Part shown: in pieces, positions 33,831 to 48,000 of the stretch
How the letters are laid out: each line of letters begins with the position of its first letter
Numbering within the stretch: the first letter of the stretch is position 1
Assembly: GCA_001662655.1 (NCBI GenBank)
Contig: KV460239.1
Source: Pseudogymnoascus verrucosus
Taxonomy: Eukaryota
DNA length: 64,000 bases
Reading direction: 5' to 3' (one strand)
Notes under the pieces: model-generated
What the model was told of the DNA's origin: nothing
Databases searched by the model: none
The model's input: only the letters and a program-made list of their open reading frames with translations
Program-made: the position numbers and the translations under genes

Positions 33831-36800
33831 CCCCAGTTGTCAGAACGATCAACGATCAACCACCACAACCGCACTACTCACCATCCCTCAACCATCTATC
33901 CTCAACCATCTATCCCCAACCATCACTCCACGACCATCACTCCAGACCATCATCATCAACATCTCCCACCGCCCCAACCGGCCCGCTCACCGCCCAAATA
34001 CTCACCTCATCCTCCCCCGACCCGCCGATCCAAGCACACCCACCGCCCCGCTAACGCCAAGCTCCTAGCCGCGCCGTCAGTGGTGCGAGGTCTGACGTCG
34101 ATCCTGACGTCCGTCAACACCGCCAACACTGTCAACACTTCCACACTGTCAACCATACTTCCCCTTCCACAGTTCCCCTTCTTTCAACCATAGTTAATAG
34201 ATAGTTGCCCTTTTCTTTAACCATAGTTCCCTCTCTTCAACCACAGTTTCCCCTCCTCAACACACCCCCCCTCTCTCACCCCATCCCCCGCGCATCACCC
34301 CATCCAGTCCCCTCCCTCACATCACCACGCGTCCCTTCCCTCCTGCGCGCCCTCTCATCCCACGCTTAGCGTGTGGTAACGTAAAAACACCCCCTAGCTT
34401 AGGTGCTACGAATGTTTGTCTTAGCACTCTTGGTCACCACACCATACCGCAGTACTCTCGCTCGGTAGTGAATATCCCATCACACACACCGCATACGGTA
34501 CCCATCTGCGCGCGTGGCCCCGCCCGCGCGCACACAGGGTCTCAGAACCTTATCACCCGCGGCATGCGGCGGCGTCCTGGGGTGCGTGAGGGCGGGAGGG
34601 GTGATAAAACCTATTAATGCTGATAGTGCAGTATCGGTGCATGAGTGGACTGGCGGTTTGATAAGTTTATCTGGTTTATCACCGAAGAAAGGGCGGGGAA
34701 GAAGAGGAGGAGGAGGTGGTCGAGTTCTTCCGGAGGGGAGGGCTTATCAGTTAGTTGTCTATCCAGATTATGCGGTGGTAGTGGTTGGTATATCTCCTCT
34801 CCCGAGCGTGAGACAACGGAGGAGTGAGAATCCTTCACCGTCGGGATGGCTTATCATATGTACCCTCCCCTCCAACTTGTTCGAAGTAAAGTTTCCCTTT
34901 CTCCCATATATCCTATCCCATCACACACGCATCCCGCATCCTATTTCATCCTATCTCCCACCCCCCTTCCCCCGCATCCCAAAACCCCCACGCCCCTCCA
35001 TCCCTCCGCCCCCAACACCCCAGGATTCCCCTCCATCACCAACCATCAGGATCCCAGTAAAGCAGTCCGTCCCAGTAAAGCCGTCTCAACCCGCCCGGTG
35101 GACAGGATTTATGCAAATTCCCATCCCCAGCGCATCCCTGGTATACGAGTTTATCTCAACTCCCCTGCACAGCGCTGCCAACCCGTGCAACCAACCCCCC
35201 ACGTTGAAACCCTACATACCTACCACAGGTCTCAGGTGGAACACACGCACACGCGCGCACGCACGAATAAACATAACTCAGACACGCACAACATAGGGCA
35301 CGCCATATCCCACCATCCCATCACGCATCAGTAATCACCCCGCATCCCTACCCCTCCCTCCCACCCTATGCCGCCTTCCCGTGCGCGGTGTGCGGTGTGT
35401 TTACCAACACCAGGTGCTGGGTGCCGGGGGGAAGGCAGAAGGTGACATCGATCTATATCCTCGCAGCTAGACACGCACGCACGCACTTACAGGTCCCAAG
35501 ACGTGCACGCAAGGGTGAACAAAGATATTGTACTGTAGATGCACGCACGCGCACGCACGGCTTAAGAGGTGGTATATGTGAGGAGATTCGAATGTGAAAA
35601 TTAGGTGCGAAGAAGCGAGCGGGCGGGCGCCTCACCTGTGCCGTGCCGTGCGTGAGTGGGCGTGCAACGCTGTGCTGGGCGTGGGCGGGCGTGAGGGGGC
35701 GTGCATTTCTCAGCCTGGCGACTATACTGCACAGCACAGCATTGCACTGCACTGTTGGCGCCCCAACGCCCTATCTAATGCACGGTAGCAGTTTTGTTGG
35801 CCTAGACAGCGAAATATGACAGATCCAACTAATACTTGGGTCAAATATACCACAAGGCTACCCCATCTATTGGCACCGCGGCGGGAGCGGGCTGTGCGCC
35901 TAACCTTCGTACGCACGTATGTATGTACGGGGTATGTACGGGGTAAGAAGATGACATCCCCGCGTTATGAGATGTGATAACATTTGCACACCTGCCGTGC
36001 TCCCCCCCCATCCTACAGCCTCACCCACCCACCCATACCACCCAAACGCCATCCGCAACTCCCCGCCGTTCTCCCCGTCTCCCAGTCCAGCCGCTGTTAC
36101 CCATCCCCCTCTCCTCTCCGCCCAGTTCTCCCATCCGCCCCTTCTCCTCCCTCCCATCCTCCCGGTCCTACCTCCCCGCCGCGCCGCGCTGCCTAGCCTA
36201 CAACAAGCAAAGAGAGTGTTGGGAGGGGGGTTACCAACGGCACTGGTATAGGAGGGGTCGCGGCACTCACCTCTCCCCCCCTCCCCCCCACACCCCACAC
36301 TGTAGATCCGACGATCACATCCCCTTACCTAACACTTCTAAGATGGGTGATCGGTGGGCCGGTGTCGGTGGAGATGAGGTCACGCGCCGCGAAAACAAGA
36401 AGAAAGATTTTTCTTCAGTGAGGGGGATAGTGAGAAGGAAGAAGAAGTTGGGGGCGGGAGAGGAGGGGAGGGGGGGAACAGAAGAGGGGGGTGAGAGGAA
36501 GAGGGGAAGGTGGGAGGTGGGAGGTGAAAAGAAAAAAATTATGGTCACGAAGAGGGGGGAAATGAGGTAGGTGGTGATTAAAGTGTCTATAATTCCGATT
36601 CTTGCTCCCAATACTACAGTCTCCCTCCCATCCTCCGTCCCCGCACTCCTCCTCCTCCTTCACCAGATAAAAAACCCAAACAGAAAGTCGTAAAAAAACA
36701 CAAAGGAGCAGTGGTAACAATTCCCATTCCAAGTCTATAGTTTATCCCCTTCCCTCGCTTCCTTCTCCTGTCTTCCCCATCCCAGAAAATAGAAAAGAAG

Positions 36801-37431
36801 CAGCAATCATAAGAAAGTATCATGCTTTTTTAAAGGGAATCTCATCATCCAGAAAAGTAGAAAAATGCCCCTCCATCATCGAAGAAAGGCCGTTAAAAGA
36901 AAAAGTGGCGTTGTGAATTATTTTTTGTGGTTTGTTGTGTTGTGGTGTGGAGAAGAGTTTGTTTGTTGTGGTTGGTTGGTTGGTTTGCGTGGAGTGAAGA
37001 GTTGAGGATGTTTGTTTGTCTGCGTGCGTGTGTGCAATGATTTGATGGGAAGGTTCGTCGAGTAGGATGCGTGCGTGTCATCGTTCGTTGTTTCTTGCCC
37101 ACTCTTTCAATCGTTGAGAAGACAGCGTTCTCGCCCATCCCATCTCCCCTCCCATCCCCACCATCGCAAACAGGACACAGCAAAAGAAGTATTAAAATCG
37201 AATCGTAAAAGTTGTTGTAATAGTAAAGTGTAGAGTTCATCCCAATCCCATAACCCATCCATGCCCCCCATCATCAATAAAACAAGATACCAAAGGTAAA
37301 AAACTCCACTTGAGGTAATCGCGCAGAAAAAAGCAAACAAGTCTATAATTGTCCAATCCCAATAGCCCCATCCCATTCCCATCTGATCACATCAATCAAT
37401 CCAGTCAGTCAATCCCCATCACATCACTAAC

Positions 37432-38733
37432 TCATATCCTCTCCAAATCCCCCGCCACCGACCCAGCCGTCGAGCTCTGCCCACTCGTACTAAACCCGCC
37501 CTCCACACTCAGCAGATCCTGCACCGCAACCTTCGGCACCTGCGGCACCGGCAACTTGCGCTGCGCCCCGTCCGCCCTGGACATGATATCGCTGATCGTC
37601 ATCCCCTGTCTCGGTCCCTGCGGCGCCACGGTGCTCGGATTCCCGTACTGCTGATCCAGCTTCTGCGGCTCCATCGGCGCCAACGCCGGCGCGTGCTGGA
37701 GACTCAAGTTCCTGATCCCGGGGAGGTCGTAGCCGCTCCCGTACGGCGCGATGTACGGCCTCAGACGCGGCGAGTGTGCCGGCGTCGCGAGCGGAGTGTG
37801 GTCGGGCGTGGGGGAGAGGGAGTCGTGCGAGAATGTTGGGGAGGAGGGTGCGGTGGATTGGGGAGAGTTGGGACGGCTGCGCTTGGCGTGGCGGTGCGCG
37901 TAGTGCTCGTCATCGTTCTCGTACGAGTGCGAGCGCGACATGGCGTATGCGGAGAGCGAGGGCAGGTGGTTGCGGCTGCTGTGGCTGCTGTGGCTGTAGT
38001 AGGGGTGATGTCTCGAGCTGCTGCCGTGTTGGGGGAGGTGAGTGGCGGGCATGCTCTCACGCTCGACTTGGGTGGCGGCGGTGGCGAGCATGTTGATGTC
38101 GAGCGAGTGCTGCTGGCCGTTGTTGGGACTCGAGCCGTTGCTACGACCGTACGGGTTGAGATTCGACGGAGGTGCAGTGGCGTATGTTGCGTACGAGTGA
38201 GGTGGTGAGACGTTTGGTGATCCGATGGCCGATGCGGGTGCTGAGCGAGAGAAGCTCTGGCTTGGTGGTGGCATCATGTTGGTCATGTCCTGCTGCTGTC
38301 CGTTCTGCATGTTCGGGTTGACGTTCTGCTGTCCCTTGTTGCTTCTCCTCGAGTTGGGGTTGTTGTGGATTCTCGAGTGGCGGGTGAGCTCATCCGATCG
38401 GCTGAAGCGCTTGGTGCAGCCCTGGAACTGGCAAGCGTGAGGCTTCTCACCGGTGTGGGTGCGGATGTGTCTGGTCTGGTGCTCGAGGCGGTGGAAAGCC
38501 TTATCGCACAGGGGACACTTGTAAGGACGTGGCAGGTCGGCTCTCTCCTCGCCGCCTTGCTGCCCAGATCCCATGTTGGGCATCATACTCACGGCTGCCA
38601 TTTCTGCCTCTTGCTGTTTCTGCTGCTGCGACAGGAAAGCCAATTTTTGCCTCGCAGCCTCTTGCTGTTCCTCGAGGGTAGATTGCGGGTTCAATAGATT
38701 TGAAAAATCTACTGCAGACGAGGCTCGTTGCAT
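37432..38733 (-). CDS. creA: Carbon catabolite repressor CreA/Cre1 (Mig1 family C2H2), 433 aa, intronless
   Basis: [16 protein letters not shown] start; [109 protein letters not shown]. Confidence 0.98.
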   Translation of the reverse strand: MQRASSAVDFSNLLNPQSTLEEQQEAARQKLAFLSQQQKQQEAEMAAVSMMPNMGSGQQGGEERADLPRPYKCPLCDKAFHRLEHQTRHIRTHTGEKPHACQFQGCTKRFSRSDELTRHSRIHNNPNSRRSNKGQQNVNPNMQNGQQQDMTNMMPPPSQSFSRSAPASAIGSPNVSPPHSYATYATAPPSNLNPYGRSNGSSPNNGQQHSLDINMLATAATQVERESMPATHLPQHGSSSRHHPYYSHSSHSSRNHLPSLSAYAMSRSHSYENDDEHYAHRHAKRSRPNSPQSTAPSSPTFSHDSLSPTPDHTPLATPAHSPRLRPYIAPYGSGYDLPGIRNLSLQHAPALAPMEPQKLDQQYGNPSTVAPQGPRQGMTISDIMSRADGAQRKLPVPQVPKVAVQDLLSVEGGFSTSGQSSTAGSVAGDLERI

Positions 38734-40233
38734 GTGATCGCCGCCGCAACGTAGTCGAAAGTCTTGGTTGAGGCGACAATGAGGTAATCTCGAAACAAGT
38801 CGAGATGAAGGTGGTGCTAACGAGCTAAAGTGCGAATAAAGGTGTATAAGTCGACTTTTACGCTTCAGATAGAAGCAGTGAGGATGTTAACGAGAGTAAG
38901 AATCGACGTTGTTGTCGATAATTGATCGTTGGGTTGAATTGTTGTTGGGTTGTTGTAAAAGGCGGGAAGTGATAAAATTTGGGTGTATGTTGGGTGGTGT
39001 TCGGTTGAAGATCGCGGAGAAGGTCGAGTAGTCGTAGTATTGTAGTAGAATAGACGGGGGGGAACGAGAACGTTTGTGGGCGGACGTGGGGATGATATTA
39101 TAAAAAATGTCCGGGGTGGGGGGGGGAAAGAAGTGAGTGGAGGGGGGGGGTATGGTGGTGAAATAGTGGAGTGGATATCTTGGGGGGTGAGGGTGAGGGT
39201 GAGGGGGGGTGTGGTGTTGAAGTGGAGGTGGAGGGGGGGGCGTTCTTGGGGGTGTGGGTTGGTTGTGTGGGTGTGGTTTGTAGTGGTTGTGTAGTGGTGG
39301 TGTGTGTGGTTGTATGGTGTGTGATGTTCCTTTGCGCGCCAAGTAGCAATTTTTTGTGAATTGCGAATTGTGAATTGTGGCGTTAATTGGATCGGGATAA
39401 GACGTATCTCTCCTACTCCTGGTCCTGCTCCTGCTCACTGCTCCTGTCTCTTTCTTGCCTTGTCTTGTCTCTTCTTTTGCTTGTTCGGCTCCTTTAAATT
39501 GTGACGGAATGGTTCAGGGCGGACTCCGTATACTTGTAGATTCCGTTTCGTTGTCAGACACTCTTCCCCGGAAAAAGTGAGTTGGTGGTACGTGGGGTGT
39601 TTCTGGTGGTGACAAAATGAGGCTTTCCCTTCTCGGCCTATTTTTCTCTTCTTTCTCTTGGCTTCTCTTTCTGGATTGATTTTCCTTCTTTTTCTCTTGG
39701 TAGAGCCACTGACCGGGAGTTGGTTCAGCGATGATGTGGCTATGATGATGTGGTCCGGCGTGCTTTTTAGGCTGGGCGCCGAGGGAAGATTTGTAAGGGA
39801 GCAGGAATCGTAATGTGGGGAAAGAATCAACGCCGAGTCGTGCGAGTAGTGAGTGAGTGAGGGAAGAGTAGTGCCGTGATTGCCAGTCCGGAAGAGCTAG
39901 AAATCTGGAGTACGGAGTAATGTACCGAGGGCGAAGGGGGGATCGGATGTCTTATACGGTAGTGTAGCGTTGTGTTTTTTATGTCTTTGGTTGTGTTCGG
40001 TGTTCCTTTTTGCTTTTAGAGTACTGTACAGTTTATACTACTACTACTATACTAACTATACTAACTATACTATAATGTACTGTACTGTACTATATAACAT
40101 GCAAGCACGATCCAAAGCACGATATTTCTCCAGAATTACGTAGAGAGGTAGAGAGGTAGAGACGTCGGGACATAGATACGTAAATATACCACGACGTTCC
40201 TCCCTTTCACACTACGACTCCACAAGACAAGAC

Positions 40234-40277
40234 AGGAGCCACCTAGGAGCCACCTAGGAGCCACCTAGGGGCCACCT
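40234..40277 (+). repeat. 11-bp tandem repeat (AGGAGCCACCT) x4
   Basis: Three perfect units plus AGGGGCCACCT. Confidence 0.9.
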
Positions 40278-40760
40278 TCTCCGTATAGTAGTGTAGTTAT
40301 AGTACCAAGAGTACAAAGTACGTACAGCATAGGGCAGCATAGGACGATGGCACCAACGGCGAATTACCAGATTATACTATGTACATTATCTACATACTAT
40401 ACAACTACAAAGTATTTTTCACAAGCCATGCACCAGATCGACGGGCTAGAGCAGTAGTTAGCTCACGGTTAAGTTTGGGGGAAGGGAGATCAAGGAGAAT
40501 ATGGAACATGGGGATATACGGCTATGGCTAAGGGTATGGGATATTCATGGGGGATATTCATATGGGGACAGGGACATGGGCTTGCATAGATAATAGAGTA
40601 CTTACATATAGTAGTAGTTTAGTTGTTATTAGTACGTACATCATAACACATACGGTAACCTCGTTACGAATGTATGGCCAGATGGCATGGCATTGAGGAT
40701 AGATAGAAGTGGAGCGGACAAGATCAAACAAGAGCTGGGCAGGGCAGGGCATCATCATAA

Positions 40761-40814
40761 CATGGGGCATGGGGCATGGGGCATGGGGCATGGGGCATGG
40801 GGCATGGGGCATGG
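40761..40814 (+). repeat. (CATGGGG)7 heptamer repeat, G-quadruplex-capable
   Basis: Seven GGGG runs separated by CAT. Confidence 0.9.
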
Positions 40815-43800
40815 ACATGAACATTGACACCGATTAACTCACTCTCAAACCGGCAAAAATGAGTGAATTGTAGAGGCAGGTAAGTCAAGTAAAAAGTAAG
40901 TAAAAAAGTAAGTATCTAAATGCCACTACCTATCGCACTATCCCACTGTAACGGAGATTCCCAGTAGCAGCCAGCAGTGTAGATAGGATAAAAAGGGCAG
41001 ATGTAGTAAAAAAGAAGAGGGAAGAATCAACAACGAAAGGGTACGTACCCTCTCCTCTCCCTGCCGAATCCGGGGCAAGGCAAAAATCAGAGCAAAAAAC
41101 CCTCTCTTACTCCAATCCAATTGACCGAACCGGAGCTAAGCAAAAATCCTAAAAATGGGAATTGGGGAAAAGAGAAAAACTATTTTTTTACCCTTTTTTT
41201 TTCAATAAATTCAACCGATAAAATCAACCTAGCCCCATCGACACACTAAACCTGATGAGGTTAAAATTCGCCTCCCTTCCTCCCCAGATTGCCGCATCTC
41301 CCTTCCCCTCCGATTACCCATTTTTAGCATGGGGGAGGACTCGCTACTGCGTAACCGTAACTGTGCGTAATGGCAACAACAACGATCGATGGCGTGCTTT
41401 CCCGCTGCCGCCGTTCCATCCGCGAAAGAAGGGAGATGGACAGTCAGTCAAACCTTGGCCAAACTCTACTACGAAAGGGTTACAATCCAGTAACCATCAC
41501 ACAAAAAACACACACCTAATCTCAATTAATCCCACCTTTGCCAATTCCCACATCCCCCCACACCCCAGCTACGTACTAGAAATCCCCCATCCCCCATTAT
41601 CCCCATCCCTCCCAGACAAAGACTCGATCCAGGACACGTGCCCGATAAGAGTAGGGATAACAGGGCTATCCGTATCAACCACCCCCCATCCCACCCCCCA
41701 TCCACCATCCACATCCCCAAATCCACCCCATAACCACCCCAAATCCACCTCCTACTCCAGACCAAAACCCTCCATCTCGGCACAAGTTCAAGCATAAGAC
41801 TCGGTACCTCCGTCCCAATCCCCAATCCCTCCCTTTCTCCCCACAGAATCCTCATTAAAGCGAGCGAACGAGCCCCCGTTCCTGCATGTCCCCTGCCCAG
41901 CTTCCCCAGAGCCGAGGCATCATCTCCCCCATTCGGTATCTGGGTACAGTAAGAACCAGTCACGTCACTACCCACCCAGGCTCGCCACAGTAGTAGCACG
42001 CTCAAGTGAAATGCGATGCATTATCGTCCTCGCCGAAACGACCGCGGTCCTCAATCCCCCGAGGTCGCCGAGGAACCTCTCACAAACGCTCATGCCTTCA
42101 CGGGTTTTGCCACCTCAGTACCATTGACACGCTCCCCGCATGTGAACCCTTAAACGCCACAACGGCATAACCCACCGCGCCGGCCTCATCGCATTAAACA
42201 ATTACAGACTCCCCCTCCCCTTCCTGTACTTTGCATTACACCGACCGTACCTCGCATTCACACCGGGGGACGGCACAACTACGCCGCGCCCGCCCGCGCA
42301 CGAAACCACCTTCCTCACAGGGTCCGCATTGTCTTGTGTAACACGGCGCCACGGCCGCGACAGCGCCGGGGCATGGCCGATTGTCCGGTGAAGTCCCGTG
42401 ACGGCGGGGCCAGTCGACAAGCCCCCTGCGTCTGCCAATGTCTGAGACCTGGCTGAGGGACCACAGGCGGGCGCTGTACCTGGGTGGTTGTTTGGCGGGA
42501 TCTGATAACTCAGGTTCGTGCATCTCCGGGGAGTTGGGGATGGGGAATGGTGTTGTTTCATGCGCTGTCGGTGCAGTGTTTCGTTGATCCTATGCTATGC
42601 GCTGCGTATACTCTACTTACCTTACCTTACACGTCCCTTCCCTTCCCTACGGCCACGGTCCGGCGGCTTTTTGCCAGTTTCCCCGGATGCCACCTTTTTG
42701 GCAGTTCAGTCCACCCACACACCCACCTTCCAGAAACCACACACACACGCACACACCACACACCAACTCTCAGCGCTCAATCTGCGAACACGTTACATCG
42801 CACCTTTCCCTCCCCCCCCTTTCACCCAGCATGCATACAGTAGTTAGTGGTCGTCAAGCACGAGCCGCAAGGTCGTAGTGCATATTAGCCTTTCGAGATG
42901 GCGCCGTTTGGGTAAATTGGCCGGGAATGGGTGGAGAGTAGAGTGGTACTCTAAGTGCGCAACGTTAATTACAAGATAGATTACATGCGTGTAGTAGTGT
43001 TTGGTAGTGTTGGTAGTGTTTAGTAGTGTTGTATGGGGGACAGGACGCTACATACAGAGCCGCCGATCTGTGGGCAGGGGGAGGTATATTAAAAACCGGC
43101 GCAAGGCCTAAATGATCGTTTGTCTTGTGGTGGTGATGGGAATATACTGCCACTATACAGAACAATTCAGCCGCCCTTTTCACGACCCGGGATAATACCA
43201 AGCCAACGAGGCGTAGTTCAATATAGATGAAATCGTGGAGAAAGGTCTAATATCTACTACACACCATCAAATATGCGGGGAAAATACACTATCCACCCAT
43301 ATCATCCTCAATCCACCCGTATATTCAATAGATCTCAGATCCGGGGATATCACCCCATCACCCGACACTCCCCTCTCCACAGCCGAAACGGGCGGGTAGA
43401 CGCAAAGAGGAAGTCGCCCCCGTTCATCACATCACAGAACCGGCCGCTTGAGAGGAAAGGAAGGCCCATGTGAAAATCCCTCTTTGTCTCCAGTCTCCAG
43501 TGGTGTAGCACGAGCAAAGGCAAGAATAGTACGGGGTAGACAAGAAAAAAGCCAACCGACCGAGCGCGAGTGCCGATCATCCCCACGAAACAAAGTAAGG
43601 TCCACCCCGTTACAGGCTCAGTTCAGCTTGGTTCATGACAGCATAATTGCCTTTTAAGTGTGCCGAGATATCCCATGTCTCACCACGGGGTCATCGAAAA
43701 AACGATAACTGTGCGTCTTTTTTTTTTGGTATCGGAATGGAAAGAGGTCGACACTCCCCCTTTCTCTCATCCACTTGCCCCATCCATCCATCCATCGTCA

Positions 43801-44883
43801 ATAAAATGGTAAATGCGGGGTACGCTACACTACTACAACGCACAAACCACCCCCCAGATCCAATCCCCACACAACAACGGGCGCCGATCTTTAGGTTCGG
43901 ACGTCGAGTCGCATTACCGCGACTCCCCGTCTTCAATCATACCTTCCCTTCCCTTCCCTTCCCTTCTCGCCACAAAAAGGCCCGATGCAATTCACCGCAC
44001 GGTTGATGGAAGAAGTAGGTACGAAAGGTGAATAAAACAGTGACGCCGAGATGACAGCACGCGACTGGGAAAATCCGCCGACTTCCTTCCCGTGCAGTAA
44101 CCCCATGGAACAGCAGGATCACGGCCTCTCTCCCGGACCCCCTCCGGTGTCTCACACCCCCCCGGACCCCCTTCACGGCCCCGGTCGATCACGGGATCCT
44201 GTTTATAGAGATTCGCCGGGTGGCGTGCAAGTATCTACTGTACTTACTGTATGTATGAGGAGATTAGAGTAGAGTAGGACCGGGTTGGAGGCTTTACGTT
44301 TTGTGGGGTATGCGTATATTGGATTGATAGATTGATTGAGGGAGGAGACGCCATAACAGGCTACATGCCCTAAGTGGAGGAGATAGACGGAGAGATAGAT
44401 GGAGAGATAGATGGAGAGAGAGATAGGAAAGGGTCCGAATACGGACTAATCTCGCACTTATTAGATCAATACTGTGAAGTATATTGCCCAAAATACCCCG
44501 CGCTGATCAAACGGCTCCCTACCTAGCAGGCTGGTTAGGGAATCTGTATCCGCATCCTTATCCAGATGAACGACAGCGCTGGGATGGGAAGGGATGGATA
44601 TGGCGCAATCACGATACTTCGTACGTACGTATTTGCTTATCCCTTCATCACGAGTCTTCTAGACCTTCCTCTCCAAGGAGGTCTGTAAGGTGCACAGAGT
44701 AAATTCTTGTATACCTTGGCACAGAGATGACACATATTACATCACCCTCCCGTGAGATCTGCCTCCCATGTCAAGCGTTCGTCCTGCCTAAATAGGTAAA
44801 TTAGGAAAGTAGGTAAAATCTTAAACTAAGGAGACACACAATATCTTTCCTTTCTTTTTTTCCCTGTAACATTTTCTTTGTTC

Positions 44884-45075
44884 CCCCAGAAAAAAACCAA
44901 GGAAAAGAAACTAGACTTATCATAAAAGTAAAATTAAAAACCCCGCGAGGCGGACCACTCCCCGCATCTCAAATCACCACACCCACACAACCCCCGCACA
45001 CAAAACTTGCCTTTTTAGACAAATGCAGTTCCTGTGCGACAAATAACCCCGGAAACAACCCCCGCATTTCCCCAG
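44884..45075 (-). promoter_or_regulatory. Cluster of seven CreA/Mig1-type SYGGRG sites
   Basis: On the plus strand: CCCCAG 44884, CCCCGC 44941, 44960, 44992, CCCCGG 45047, CCCCGC 45060, CCCCAG 45070. All share one orientation and several have A/T-rich flanks. Confidence 0.55.
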
Positions 45076-48000
45076 CCAGCCAACAAGCCCTAAATTTGCA
45101 AAAATTTCGTTTGTTTTGTCTCTATCCTATCTGGCTCTCTGTCTCGCCTCGCTTTCCTCCCCCTGACATGCGTAGGCGATCAATCACCACCGCCCTCGGG
45201 GACCCCATCCCGAGCTCCGAGGGCGTGCACAGTCTGAGCCAGGCGTGGGGGTTTGTTTCTCCCCTACCCATTCGTGGGGAAATATCCTCCCCACGGGCCG
45301 CCATAGCCAGCAATTAGCCTCCTCTCTCCTCCCCCCAAAAAAAATTCCCATTTTTCCCATTTTCCCATTTCTCATCACAACCAAACATCTTTCCACCTGT
45401 GGGATGAATTGGCCAGCAAAGGGGGGAGGGGGGTAAAAACACGAGAGAGAGGGGATATAAATAACCCCCCCAAACAAGCGGGGCTCGTGCGCGTCCTGCG
45501 CTTTACCAGTGGTGACAAGAAAGACAAGGCTCAGCGCCTCCAACAAACGAGCGAACTAACTTCTCACTGCACCACGCCGCCGCCGCTGTACGTAAGGGGG
45601 AGGGGACGGCTATGCACCCGCAACCCTGGGGATCTGGGTGGTGGTACAGAAGGGTGGGTAGGGTAGCAGTTAATCCGCGGAGCGATCGCGCCGAGTTTAA
45701 CCGTGGCGGAAGGGAGATGGATGAGAGACATCAATGTAACGAGGTACTGGATCTGGGGAGGGAGTTTCAGGCGGCCTGCAGCTGGTTTTGGGGTTGTACT
45801 GCGTTTGGGGGGTGTCTTAGATGGATGGATGGGGGGAGGTGATGTGATGTGCTGTCACTCACTCATATTCACTAAGATTCACGAATCTGAGACTTGGGGG
45901 ATGCCTGTTGGTGGTGGTGAGTTGTGTGCTGTGTGGTGCTGTGTGGTGTGCCACGTAAATGAGGCGTTGTCCATCCAGGTCGTTGCGTGCGTGGGGGGAG
46001 TGGTGGTGATTGCAACCCCCGGGTTCCCAGGCGTTCTCCGCCAGCGAGTGAGAACAGTAAGACAGTGACAGGCAGGCAGGCAAGGCTCTCCGCGCCGCCA
46101 TCCATCCTCGTCGTCGTTACTGTTTCGTGCACTGCTGCAGAAGCAACTTGGCGGTGCCAGTAACCCACCCACACATCGCCATTATCCCCCCATCTTGCGC
46201 GAGGCAAACGCCATCCGCGACAATTTCAGCCAGCCAGCTCCGTCCGCATTAGGCTAAACCGGCGTATGCTGTGCGACCGGCGGCCGCCGGCGTCGGGTCG
46301 GTGCGATTGGCGGGTTCTGGGGAAGGAGATGATGCGAGACATGGTGTGGGATGGGTACTTGCAGTAGACTGTGGATTTTTTTTGGTTATGTACGCTGGGT
46401 GTTTTTTGATCGATTGGGAACGAGTACGCCAGGGAGGGATGTAGCTATCCGCGAACCTCGCTCGCTCGCGAACGAGCGAGCAATAATGTTCGATAACGCA
46501 AACAGTACCTGATTTCCCCGCAGCTTTCCCCGCACGGATGCCAGTATCCGGGTATCTCTTCCGTTCACCCAGCCCGCGGAGCGTCGTACGCACCGCCTCA
46601 GCGAGCAGGAGGGGAGGAGCAAGAGGAGCAAACGCACGGCTGATCCGAGCACACACAACACAGCCAGAATCAAATCTCATATCTCCCCCTCATCTCGGAT
46701 CTCCTCCGGTCCTCCTTCCTTTCTCTGCCAAGCCCCAACCAGCACTCTATTGACGCCACCAACGACTGATAAGCGCGGGTTGGAAGGTACAGGGTGTGTG
46801 GAGGCCGGCTTGGCGGTGGCGCGGCGGCTGATAGGGGTGTGCGTCCCCGCAAAATTGGCGGCGCTGACGGTGCAGCGGGGGCCTTATCTAATGCAGTGGG
46901 AGAGCGCCCGGAGATGCAGCGAGCGTAGGGCAACACTGGGATGATTGGGGTGATGGGGTACATAGGGGCCTTGGCTTGTTGAGGCGCGTGTCTCGCCGGT
47001 TGGCGGTGCGAGGTTGCAGCACTGTCACCTTGGTGGTGTTGGGAATCCCCTCCCTACCTTTCCCCCACGATCTGCCCAGCCAGCTGTGCCCCCACGGTCT
47101 ACTGGAACCACTGGTGTGATGGGGATGCGACGCGCTGTGATGTGCTGAGACACCGCGGACAAGCGGGCCAGAGATCTCACTCTAGAGATTGCGGGGGGGG
47201 ACAAATCTCCGAGAGAATCCGATCAGATACCTCGTAGCACACCAAGTCAGCGCTCCCTCGATCCGTCTATCCCCGAGCGCTGAGCACGGCACAGAGGGAG
47301 CGCTGGGCACGATGTTCGGTGGAGCGCAGCGACTGGATCGGCCGGAGCCAGTAACCCTCATTTTGACCATTTTTGTGGGCTTTTCCTTCGCGGATGGGGG
47401 AGGCCAAGTGGGCGCCGGATGGTGATTAATCCGAGTGATTCCTTTCCCTCGATTTACCCAAAGCGGCACGATCGATAAATTGCTTTTGCCCTTGCCTAGC
47501 TTCTGTACTTTCAGCACCAAAAAACACTTCCCCACACTTATCTCTCCTTCCCAATGCATAAAATCTGAGAAGGATGCGGCTGCGTTTTTTTGCATAACAG
47601 CTTAGTAAGCTAAAACACGTGTTCCCACATATTTCTGATGTGGCTTTTTTGTGCATTGAGAGAGGGAGTCCCTTTTTTCGCCACCAACCCACCGTGCACG
47701 CAAAATATCCAGTCGGCCCGCAACGCCGGCCATACCACGGACTCTCTCAGGTCTGACCTCAGCAATTGAAGATTTTCATGATACCCTCTTATCTGTCCCT
47801 CCACGCCGCTTCTCCGCCCATCGTAAGCCCGCCCCGTCTCTCCCTTTGCCTAAACTCACACGGGGGGTCGCGATCCGAAGTTCTCCGGCGGGGGCAGCCT
47901 CTGCCGTGAACGAAGAGCACCTACGTATCGCAGGTCGCTATCGTAGCCCCCCTTCTTCCCTTCTCCGCCCTCAGCTGCATACTTGCACGGTGGCACTGCG

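Noticed and set aside
34514..36570. 260-aa and 198-aa ORFs downstream of creA
   Set aside because: Pro- or Gly-rich translations of skew blocks with non-ATG starts and no homology cues.
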